Shown: piece by piece, positions 17,646 through 28,440 of the stretch
Position numbering within the stretch: the stretch's first letter is position 1
Layout of the letters: the number at the start of each line of letters is the position of its first letter
Assembly (NCBI GenBank): GCA_036172245.1
Contig: JAYWIR010000015.1
Location: 4,278,001-4,318,369 of the forward strand
Length of the DNA stretch: 40,369 bases
From: Raillietiella orientalis
Taxonomy: Eukaryota
Direction of reading: 5' to 3'
Position numbers and translations under genes: made by a program
Notes under the pieces: generated by a model
What the model was told of the DNA's origin: nothing
The model's input: the letters and a program-made list of their open reading frames with translations, nothing else
Databases searched by the model: none

Positions 17646-20600
17646 TCTTTCTGAAGTTTTTTGAATATACTTGATCAACTACCTCATATTTGTGTTTCTA
17701 GAGTTTCTCAACTGAAATGTACAGGTTTCAAAAACAGAATTTGGCATAAAACACAGCAGTACTCTCACCATTCTTAACCCAGTTTTACAAATATTTTATG
17801 TTTTCTAAAATGAACCGAAAAGCACACTAGAAGTTTAAATCAGTGACATGCATAACGCCACATCGTAGGAGTATTCAGCATTCTGCGGAAGTTGTACCTA
17901 CGCTTTCGTCAACTCTCACATGAAAAATGACATCAAGGTAACAGCACGGTATTCTACTTCATATGCTTTCAAATTATATGTTTGTGTAGTCTTGAATAGT
18001 GTGGCACAACGGTATGAAAGCAGAATATATTAAGTAAGAAAAGTCATCAGTTTCAGAATTTCCCGACATCCAAAATTTTGACTTACGTCCAAATTATCAG
18101 CATTTATAAAATTTCTGCTGCTGCTTGCAGTTTCCATTCCGAATACTGAGGATCACCATATTACCCAACATTAACACCATGTTAACGTACTTTTTTACGG
18201 TTCCATTTAACATTAACTCCATGACTGGAAAAGCAATAGATCAATTTAAATATTTCTACTGATTTCAAAGACCTTAAGTAATGATTCTTGTGTTGAAGAT
18301 GTGCACGCATTAATTTGTTGTGTTTGATATGCGCTATAGACCGTTCACTTTATTAAAGAAAATGGTAAATATTTACTTTGCTTTTGTAATGAAAGTAGTT
18401 TATTGGAGGGCAAATTTAAAAACCAAAAAATCATTAAATTGAAATCGCATATTAAAGAAGAAAAAGGATTCCTGATAAATATTTATGAGAGATAAATAGT
18501 TACAAGAAAAAAATAAATATTTGTAAGGAAAATCAATAAGCCAAAATTGTATGTTGTAATGTTGGAATTTCTCCATAAATTTTTATGAAATTATATCATG
18601 ATTTATTGACAGTCGCAGTGAATGAACTAACATAAATCCAAATTTTACACTGGGAAGGACTATCTGAACGGAAGAAATGAGGAAATTGAGGTACTCTCAA
18701 AGGAAGAGTAACATATGAGTACCTACGAGGGACAAAAGAACCGAGACCAGATATCTAGAAATATTCATGGACCATTGTCGAAAAATAGAGTTGGGAGAAA
18801 GAAAACAGAGTAAGGAGTCGGTTCAAGTAATCTCCTGGTTAGCCATAACATAATGTTTTCAATTTGAACATATACTGCCGTGACCATATAAGGGCACCCT
18901 TTTATCATGTCATAAAACAAACACGGAACCAACAAAAATTATAGTTCTCATTCTGATGTTAATGTCCTTGTCAAACAAGCTATCATGATGCTGCGCAGGT
19001 AGTACATTGCGGTTAGAATGGTGGTGAAGGAATGAAACTTATTTGTGAAGAACCACCACAACAAGGCACTGGATCCTACAAATAGAAGAGGTTAGTGCTC
19101 TTACAATTGTCTCCGACTCGGTGGCTTACTGTTTTACTTAATTATTAGATGGAGAGTAGATTTTTCCTGTTCTCACTAGACACAAATCGGTGATATTCAT
19201 CATGTCGTGGTGTGTGCTATCGCTGTCATTATGCCAAAGTCCCTGAAGAACACTTGAGATTAGCCAGAATTCAGAAAGATATTTAGGATTCAGTAAGTAG
19301 AAGATATGGTTTTCCTTTTATCCTCTCACATTAGTAGAGTATTTTCTTTCTTTAGTTAAGAAATGTCACCAAAAATGGACAATGAAAGATTCTTGACAGA
19401 AAACGGACGAAAATTGCATAAAGTAAATCGAAAATGTCACTCAAAATCGTACAAAAAGAATTTCGGAAAAAAAAAAAAAAAATGCAAACAACGTGTACTT
19501 TTGCTTTTCAGAAAGCTGCAATCATCCCATGTTAGCTCTAAAAATATAACTGTTAAATCATACTTTTATAATTAACAGTCAGTGAAAATGACTGACACAG
19601 CGAATCTTTGAAGACGTTTAATAATCGCTTCCTTCCTGCATCTCATTCATAGTTGATTTCCCTAAAGTTCCTGGTGTTTTCTAGCACAACCCAATTATTG
19701 TGTTCGATAGCAGGAAGCACTGGAACATTTCGGAGTGGGCATCAGTAGAAAGATTTTTTTCCCCACTGTTCCTGTCTGCGTTACGCTTTGTGATCCGAGT
19801 ATGGAACTGACGAAATGCTTAAATGATCCACAACTTGCAACTCAGACCTGCAGATACGCAAACTGGGAGAATTCGACATCTACTCAACAAAGAAGGAAGT
19901 ATTCAAATGTTCTGAAGAATGACCACGAAGAAAGATATGGAGATGAAAGAAACAGAAGCTCTTCTAACATAAGGCGTCAGCTTATTCCTCTAGATGGAAA
20001 AAAAAAAAAAAAAAGCATATCGTCAAAGAGGAAAAATTCTGACCGGAGCTGTTGATGCACTGTCTCTTATGTATTTCCACGATTTCGCAAACTAATTTTC
20101 TAGTTTGATTGATGTGTCCTGTTCAAGAGCAGTTCTATATTTTTGAACATCAGTGTAGATTCCCTTGACTGACCTCGGGGAAGGCGGTTAAAGGCGAAGG
20201 CAGAGCTCGGACTGAGTCTCAGCTCGCCTCAGTCCTCAAATTTCAGTCCTCGCAGAAAGTTGCTCTGCTTTCAGGAGGTGGAACCGATCTCCCTGAAATG
20301 GAGGCGAGTTCCGAGGAAGACGCTATAGGTCCTGTTCGATTCATAGATAGTCTGATAGCTTCGATCGTATTGCCAGTTATGATCCCGCGAGCGCAGGTGG
20401 TTGTCGAGAAAGGCGTGATGTATATCGCCTTTCACTTCGTATTGTCCTGCCAGCAGTTGCAACGTGTGCGTGGCTGAGCGGAGCTCGTTGACCATCTTGT
20501 GCTGTCTGTCCTCCAGAGCAGTAGGGGACTGTGACTGTCGCCTGCTCTCTGGTAGGCTCCCCTCACGCCTCAAGTCGGCCTGCCATTTCCATTTTAGTGT

Positions 20601-23600
20601 GACAGAGAACCCGAGTTCTAGTGCTGCTCATATTGGGTTTTCTTGGAGTTCAAACGTTGTTGGGGATGAGGTCGATCGAGTCGGGCCACTTGAAAGTCGT
20701 TTCACTCCAAATCCCTCAAGGAACCAACCACACATTGCACACCACACGCGCACGTTTGATCAGAAAGAGTGCTTGCGGCGCCACACTGCCAGCATGATTT
20801 CCGGATTGTGGTCCCCTCGATCTCTGAGAATTCCAACGTAGACATTTTGTGGATTTCTTGGAGTATCCAGATGGAATGGAGCCATCATGCTTGCTATAGT
20901 TCGCCCCTGGACATCGTTGCGCAGCCCACTGACATTCCAACGGGTCATGTTTATCCCACAGCAAGAGGAGATCTTTTGCATTACTGCTGGGAATGGGCGT
21001 TGTGACTGCCGTTCCTTCCACAAGAAGGTTGAGCGACAGCAACACGTGCTTTCCCTTACTTTCCTCGCACTGTTTGAGATTGCAGGACTCTCTCAGCAGT
21101 GTCTGCTGTCTCAGACACTGCTCTCTATTGGGCGCCTCCTCCCACGGGAACACACATCGGGTTGTAGGCATCGCCCAGAAATAGTAGCTCAGGTTTCGCC
21201 ACCGGTTATTCTGGTTTTCGACGCCACTCATAGCCGGGAGACTCTCGACGCGTTTCCCACACACGCCGTCGGAGTGTATTAATTTTTGGCTCGCCAATGC
21301 GAACAGCTGAAGAGCTGCTTCCAACTCTTAGGGCATCTTGAGAAACGAAATGAGAAGGGAAAAAAAAAAGGAATTCGTTTCTTGATGCTTTCTTTTGTTA
21401 CTCTTCTTTAAACAGTAATTTTCGATACTTTTCGACATTTGAACAAACGCCTTTGTGGTTGAATAATATTATATTGCGACACACCTCTGGTGATCTTCTG
21501 CTCTTTTTTAAGAATCCTCCTATACGACTGACGGAATATGAGCCTTGTACGAGGTCTTGCCGTGTGTCTGTTTGGACAGATTATTAATGAAAGCTTTCCA
21601 TCTAAAACTCCAAGAATGATTGAAACAAAACAACTTCAATCTTCCTCTCCAAAGTCTTGGGTTGGTTACAGTTTTGGTGTACGTGTGAAGAAACCGTGTG
21701 ATGGATTCCAAGAGAATTGAATCTTGATAAGGAATCGCAACCTCTTGCCTAAGGAACCATCACGTGGAGAAACGACTAAGCTGCATAAATTTGCTCTCTG
21801 AGTAGTTGGAAAGATGTGGTTAGCACTTTTGTACCAACGCCCTTCCGTAACCATGGGATGCTGCCTCTCCCAACTTTACGAAAAAGTGAAATTCCTTTGC
21901 CAAGGAATGAGAAAGCCGCTCGCCAAATGGAATTTCGGACCGAGAGTTCGAGTATTTTGGGTTATTTCGATTGTCCCCATTTGAGGGGATTTGAGAGAAT
22001 GAAACAGACGTTTTAGAATTAGCATTTGTTCCCCAAAACATATACAACTACTACATATTCCAGCTATATCAAATGCATCGCAGATTTACTTTAACATGAA
22101 AAACTACGACGGCAATCATGTCTATAGATTTCTGATGGACCCTGAGAAGAGTTTGTATATACACTATTTAGGAAGCTTTCGCATTTCTGTGCTTTCATTT
22201 CTGTGGTTGTTAATTCAGTGATGCCGGGGTTTTTGCGAGGGAAAAAAAAATGGGAAATGCTGCATGTAGAAAGCAACCTTCCCCACAGGCGAAAAAGCCC
22301 TTCTGCATGATTCCTGGCTGCTTGAGCAGGGAATTCTTTGGGGTGACTTTGGGAATTCAAAAGCAACTGACTGCGTTCCTCACCCAGGCTTCATGAGGCT
22401 AGGAAGGACTTTGTATCCCTGCAACCATTTCGAAGCAGATATGGACCAGTGGCAGATGCAGTCTAATGATCGAGGTTGTTATACATTTCGAAATCGAAAA
22501 CAAAATGAACGATAGTGGGTATGATCACCTTTTAGCGAAAACTCTGATATTCCTGCTTTGTTGCAGGAAGAAAAGGATGACAGCTCGCTTCCTAGGTTAC
22601 CTGTTGCTCGACACCATCCGCCCGTCGCGAAGCTTTCCATCTTTTGTCTATGGAAGCAAACCTTTCATCGTGCAATACTTACATACTTCAATCCGTTTTT
22701 GATGTCAACAAATGTTGATGAATTCAATGAAGTCACGAGATTATTTAGAGTGACTTGGAAGAACAACTGATGGAAAACAGCATGTTCGATGGAGACGGAA
22801 ATTTTCGATGAAAATTCGCAAAGCTGACACCATGGACTTTACGGAAACGACACCCATTTCTTCGACATCATGTTGTCACACTGATTCGATACAACTCATA
22901 CACTAAAGCAAACAACTTTGAGCCTTTGGGATCGACAAAATGAGTTTCTACGTAATCTATCTGAAAGCGTGCAGACTGTTGATATTCTAGACCAGCCCCT
23001 GATGTCAACAAATATAGAAATGGAGGGCAACAGAAACACCAAAAGTCTCACAGCCATGTCTTGCGTATCGCAACACCTCCCCGTCCGTTGAGGCTGTTCT
23101 CATGGAATTGTACCCAATTTTGCCGGCAACCGCAGCAGCGTTGAAAGCTATGTCCGATGGTCCAGTTGAAATCAATTCACATCTATTCGTACGCAGCTGT
23201 TTGTCAGGAACGTGCCAACTCGTAAAACGGTATTCTCAACACGCACCACGGCAACGGGACACCAGCACTGAGGTTAGAGAAATGCTCTTCCGATCGTGGG
23301 GTTTGCTCGCACAATGGAAATTCCAAGGCTTGTCTTGAGCAGGTACGCTCAATACAGAGAGCTTTTGTTGCCTGTGTACTTCTTTCTACCTTTCGGGAGG
23401 AGGGGGATCATGTACCTTTATGTTTACCGAAACCTCCAGCAACTAAAAGACGAATTCAAGATCACATCTCTACATCCAGCAGAGGAGCTGAAGTACGACC
23501 TGTCTACCACCGGCACCATGGCAATCGAAGCGAGACCTACGCTTAGAGATTGCACGTAACTTATTTTCCATGTTTCATGTGCCTCACCACAGTGGAGCTC

Positions 23601-24707
23601 CGCACAGCCAGGGGGTGCAGCATATACGAATGCATATTCAAAGTAAAGCAATTTACCAGATAATAATAAACAAAAATTTCCCGATCTTTCCATATAGCAC
23701 GTGGCGATCTTGGACTTATCTTCGAGACTTCATATGACTAGTTTCGACGGCCAAGTTTCAACCAGGAAGACACGTGATCCTGCAAAGTTCTGGTTGCACG
23801 GCTTACCCATGTTTCACACACTCCAGAAACAGCACTCATAGTATGGCAGGAAGAAATCGTTTGGCAACACTGCACATCGCTGCTCGCAACTCGGGGAGGC
23901 CATAGCACATCTTCCTAGAGGACCTACTTACCGAGGAGACCTAAGGTGCTTAAGTCGGGGCTTGGAATGACTACCGGCGACAAACAGCGCCAAATTCGAT
24001 TCGCCGAACGACCACTTTGGTGCCTGGCAAACAGCGATGCCACAAGTAAATGAAGGGTGGCGCTTTCACTTTGGAAAGAGTGTACAGACAGCTCTCGATG
24101 TACGAACGTTTGCTATAACGCACGTCATCGATTTTATGATTTTTTCTTTATTTGCGCAAAGCCCGCAATAGCGAGCGACATAATTACAAGATTGCTTGCT
24201 GACACCCTGAAGTTACTCAATACCATAGGATGTGAACTGGAATGGCGTGTGGAAAAACATGTGTCCTCGACCCTTGTGAGCAGTTTCAGTGGATTCTAGG
24301 CACCAGTGGAATCTGCGACTTTGGAGTTTGCTGAAGTGGGCAATCGAATGGAACCCAACCTCGACTCGGCTCATACGCAAGGGAGCCGCTCGACTCGCAT
24401 TCTGAGAAGGAACGAACAATCGATAGCAAAAGAAGCGAATCGAAACGCAGAAGAAGTGGCAGAAGAATTTGATGCTGCACGTTCTTCCAGAACATCCACG
24501 ACGCACAAGATGGCTGCGGCTTTTCGGCTCACTTCTGAGCTGCGCTGGAAATGTTTGAAGAGCAGCACTCGAAGATGGAGAGAATGTCGAGAACGCGAAA
24601 AGAGGCGTTTTTTCACCGAAACGTGACGATGAGGTCTTTAACGAAGAACAAAAAAGAGAAGAAAGAAAGAAACGAACCCCGGGTTGCGAAGATAAGGCCT
24701 CCTTACG

Positions 24708-26234
24708 ATGAGCGCATCTAACGAAAAGCGGCCAGGCGTGAAGAAGCGGCGCATCCCAATTCTTGGGCTGTCCCCCTGGAGCAGGAGCACGGATGCAGTG
24801 GAGGAAAAGATGCGGGAGCGCATCTTTTCCGCACCAGTCTTTGAAGACGCAACTCCCCCGCAGACGATGCTTGCGCTCTGGTTGCAATGCAAGCTAACCC
24901 ATGCGCCATCGGAGCGGGAACACACGCACTCGTCCACGCACGAACGACAGTCCACAAGTTGTTCTGGTGGCACACTGAAAAGTTCACAGCAGCGAAGGAC
25001 TGCTTTGGGGGAACATGGCCAGGCGTGGCACCTTCTGCCGGACTCCAGTCGCCCATGGGACGAGTTGATCGTGCGATCGGCAGGGCGCCCTCACATCCCG
25101 CCGGTAGGCAACTGTCCACTAAAGCAGAAAGCGCTGCCGCAAGGGGCGTGGAGAGCCCACTTGTGCTGGTCCTGCAGCACTTCCTCCACTGGACACGATG
25201 GGGAAAGGTGCACGCGCAACCAAGTTCCAAAACGACCACTTGCCTCGCGACGGTACGGCCGCGTGTCCCGGTTCGTCGGGCGGCAGGGGAATCAAGAGTG
25301 GGCTGCCAGGGACGAGCACGAGCTGCCCGAAGGGAAGCTCAAGAAGCCTCTGGTGGTGGCGCGCTGGGCATGCGGCAGCAACGAAAGCAGCAACTGGGGA
25401 TGACCGAGAGCTTCAGGAAACCTCTTCATGAACTCGTACACCGAGTGGATTTGCAATACCCGTGCATGCCGTGCATCAACGAACGTTTCTTGGAACAGGT
25501 GCTTGGAGAATGCAAAATGAGGTGCCTTTCAAGTTGAGTGCTGAGTGTCCCTTCACGGATGCGTTTCGCGAAACTCCAAGCCGTGCACGCGCCACCATCC
25601 CGCTCACCAGCCTGCTTGCTGTTGTCGCACGCAACAAGCATAGCATGCGCCAACGAACCGTGTCTTTGAGGCAAGCGCGCGTTCCACGCACTGCTGCTGC
25701 GCTGAACAAAAAATCCCACGCCTCTTCCGTCCTTCCGCGATTCGCCCTACGGGCGTGTGCTGCGCTGATCCCGACGCTCGTACGGGATGTACGGGAAGGG
25801 CCGGTGCACAAGCGCGAGGATATTCCAGGGAACGGGACGCGCACGCCTTGGATGGTCACAACGTACAACCGACGAAAGACGGGACGAGAAAAGAGGAAAG
25901 CGACGAACGGGCCGAATTGTTCCCGAGAATGGGGAACAGCGAAGATCGAGCCAAAGTGCGAGAAACGCTCCCGTTTCCCTTCCTTCGCACTTTTCTGCGC
26001 ATGAGCGTGCACCGAACCAGGATGAAGTGGCACTCGCCAAAGGCATTGCTCGAGCGTCGGTTGTGTGACGTCAGCACGGCCACCTCTCACTTCGGCAACG
26101 ATTCCCGTTGCTTAGCAAAGGAGATTTTTCCTGACGGAAGACCTTGCTGTGTGCTGCTTGCGAATTCGGTTGTCGGATCGACTCGCGCATTTCGTGGAAG
26201 AGATCGCAACTCGGAGTATCGTACTGCTGCGTAA
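24708..26234 (+). CDS. Tentative orphan gene A in the repeat unit (exons about 24708-25521, 25581-25670, 26021-26234; frameshift near 25400 in copy 1); paralog at about 33298-34800
   Basis: A long + frame, then phase-2-consistent junctions: AG|GTGCCT...CCAAG, and a GC donor AG|GCAAGC...CCAG. Copy 2 reads in one frame across the position where copy 1 shifts. No recognisable domain. Confidence 0.3.
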
Positions 26235-26644
26235 TCCAGCGCTTATCTACTTGTGCGTCTACTTGTGAATTCGGAAGTTCGTAGCGGATAGCGAATCCAT
26301 CCCAACCGGAAGTAATTCGCATCCCTGCGAATCCGGAGCTTCGGATTCGGTTCCGAAACCAAACGGAAAGCGAGTCTTGTCGCTCGTGACCCCGGAAAAA
26401 AAAACATCTCGCCTATCCTGCCGCCGAGGTATCCAGGAAGGATTACCGTACTGCCAACTTAGAAAAGCCAGTGGCTGTAATTTAGCAGGAAAGGAAAGCA
26501 GATCCAGAAACAAAGCTGAGCACCGGTAAGATGAATGCAAGGTCCGTGAGAATGTGGGAAATCAATCCTGTGGTGCACGTGTGACGCAGGAAGTGATTCG
26601 TGGCTTGTGCACGACTTCCAGGTCGAGTCCCTCGCACTTGGGAA

Positions 26645-27788
26645 ATGTGCTCAGCCTGGATTGGCATGTCTTCCCTGCGTATCGGGAAGGAGGAGTCCGA
26701 ATCGCCGAAGCAAAAAGCTTCGTTTCGGACCGCAGACACTGAGAGTCTGTACGCGAAGGCATCCTCTGCGACCGGGTCTTCTCCGAGAATCCAGAAGCAA
26801 ACGGAAGAGGAGTGGCCACCGGAGAGCAGCAGTGAGCCTTCCCGCACGGAAGCCAAGCCGAAGAGATGGCTTTGGTTCAGCTGGAAGAAAGGCAAGGGCA
26901 AGAAGAACGGAGCGGAGGAAGCGGGGAGCGGACCAGCCGAGACAGTACCTGTTGCGAACGGCTCCCCGACTACCGAGAAAAGCTGCAAGAAGCTCGTGAA
27001 AGCAACCTCGTTCTTCAAAAGCAACCTCACTCCACAAGAGAAGGAGAGCAAGGAATGCAGAAAGAGGGGGGAAAAAGCCAGCGAGGAAGCACGGAAGCGA
27101 GACAAGAAACGGAAAGATGAACGGAAGAAGAAGAGAAACGAGGAGGAAAGACAGAAAGCGAAAGAGAAACGGGAGGAAGATCGGGAATGCAAGAAGAAAT
27201 GCGGCAACAAACGGAATCGGTTCGTGCTGAAGAAGGTAGAAGTTCGGGAGCAACAGGAGACGAAGGAACGCGTGCCTGCGAATCGCAAAAGGCAAATGGT
27301 TCCGGGTGACGACAAGGAGGCGGCCGAAACGATTGCTTCCAAGCAGGAGCATGGAAACGGCGAACGAACGAAGACCACGAACGAAAAGGCGAAGAAAGGA
27401 AAAACGCTAGCTTGCTTCCGGTTCTCCAAGCACAGGGGAAGGAGAACCGGAGAAGATGCGACCCTGGCAACGTCCTTGCCAGGGAACGAACCTACGAAAC
27501 GCGAAGTCTCGAGCAAACTGCGAGGCAAAGACGGAGGCGGCGACGTAGCCAGGGAGCAGGAAGAGCATTCCCTGCAGATGCTGCTCACGGAGCCGAAGCG
27601 GAACGAAGGAAACGACTGCCGCCATTCCCGAGTCTGGGGAGCCGATGGCGCCGAACTGCCCTCGGCAGCTGTGGATGGGTGCGCAGGCACACATAGCCTC
27701 GAACTGCGAAGAAGAAAGCAGACCTCTCCAGATGGGTGGCTGGTCAGCCGCAGCGTTCAGTGCGACTATGGAGATTATTGCCGAGAAG
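26645..27788 (+). CDS. Large Lys/Glu/Arg-rich low-complexity orphan exon (open frame 26600-28039), probably the N-terminal exon of the CAP-like gene
   Basis: The frame is open for more than 1.4 kb and encodes a charged, coiled-coil-like stretch (EEARKRDKKRKDERKKKRNEEERQKAKEKREE). About 850 nt are free of indels between the two copies. A phase-1 donor (GAAG|GTTGGT, 27789) matches the phase-1 acceptor of CAP exon A. Confidence 0.55.
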
Positions 27789-28440
27789 GTTGGTGGAACG
27801 GGTTCTGCATTCCAGCCACTGCACACGCGTCTGCTCCCGTTCGGTGCCCCGGGTGGAGTTTGCGGATGCGCGTCGCTCGTTCTGCACGTTCGCGCACGAA
27901 CGTACGCGTACGTGTGCGTGGCTCGTGTGGAGCTCGCAACGCGTTTGCATGCGTTTGGTCGAGAAACTTGCTTTTTGTTCGCTTGCGCGCGAAACAAGGA
28001 AGGACGGAAAAGAAGAAGAGCCGTTGCACGTGTTCTTGACCGGAAGCCGGTAGAAGGGGTGCGCATTTCGGAAAAGTGCAGGCTTGTCTGGAAAGAGCGC
28101 CGCTGCGTTGCCTTCGGGAATTTCACAGGCGCGCTTTGTTCTTCAAACTCTTTCCGGAACCAGGTGGCCATTTATCCGAGTGCAAGCTGCTGCGAGAGCA
28201 TTTTGTCGAGCCGAACGTTCCGCAAGCAAGGCAATTGCACTTGGGATGCGAAGAAAAGCAATGATAATTTCCCTTCGCATGAACGTTTCGTGTGCTTCTC
28301 TCATGGCAGCGTTGCGACGTGATGGCGGTGGCGGGAGCGGTGCGCTGACGGCTTGCGAGGCACGCGTGTTGCCACTCGCGTTGTCCGATCGGTTGAATGC
28401 ATGAAAAATGCTAATGAGACGCTTCTTGTTTTTCCCAAAG

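Noticed and set aside
20716..21324. Faint resemblances to DIRS retroelement motifs (GKHVLL, LFA) or a LINE endonuclease start (WNVSGLRN)
   Set aside because: The motifs are short, in different frames or the wrong order, and no catalytic RT, RNase H, recombinase or endonuclease residues follow.
22700..23013. 14-mer TGATGTCAACAAAT repeated exactly 300 bp apart
   Set aside because: Only two copies with unrelated flanks; not an array or a recognisable target-site duplication.
26482..27690. Long - strand ORFs (402, 233 and 147 aa) rich in Phe/Ser/Leu, and their copy-2 equivalents
   Set aside because: They are antisense shadows of the purine-rich Lys/Glu/Arg + strand frame and contain no domain.
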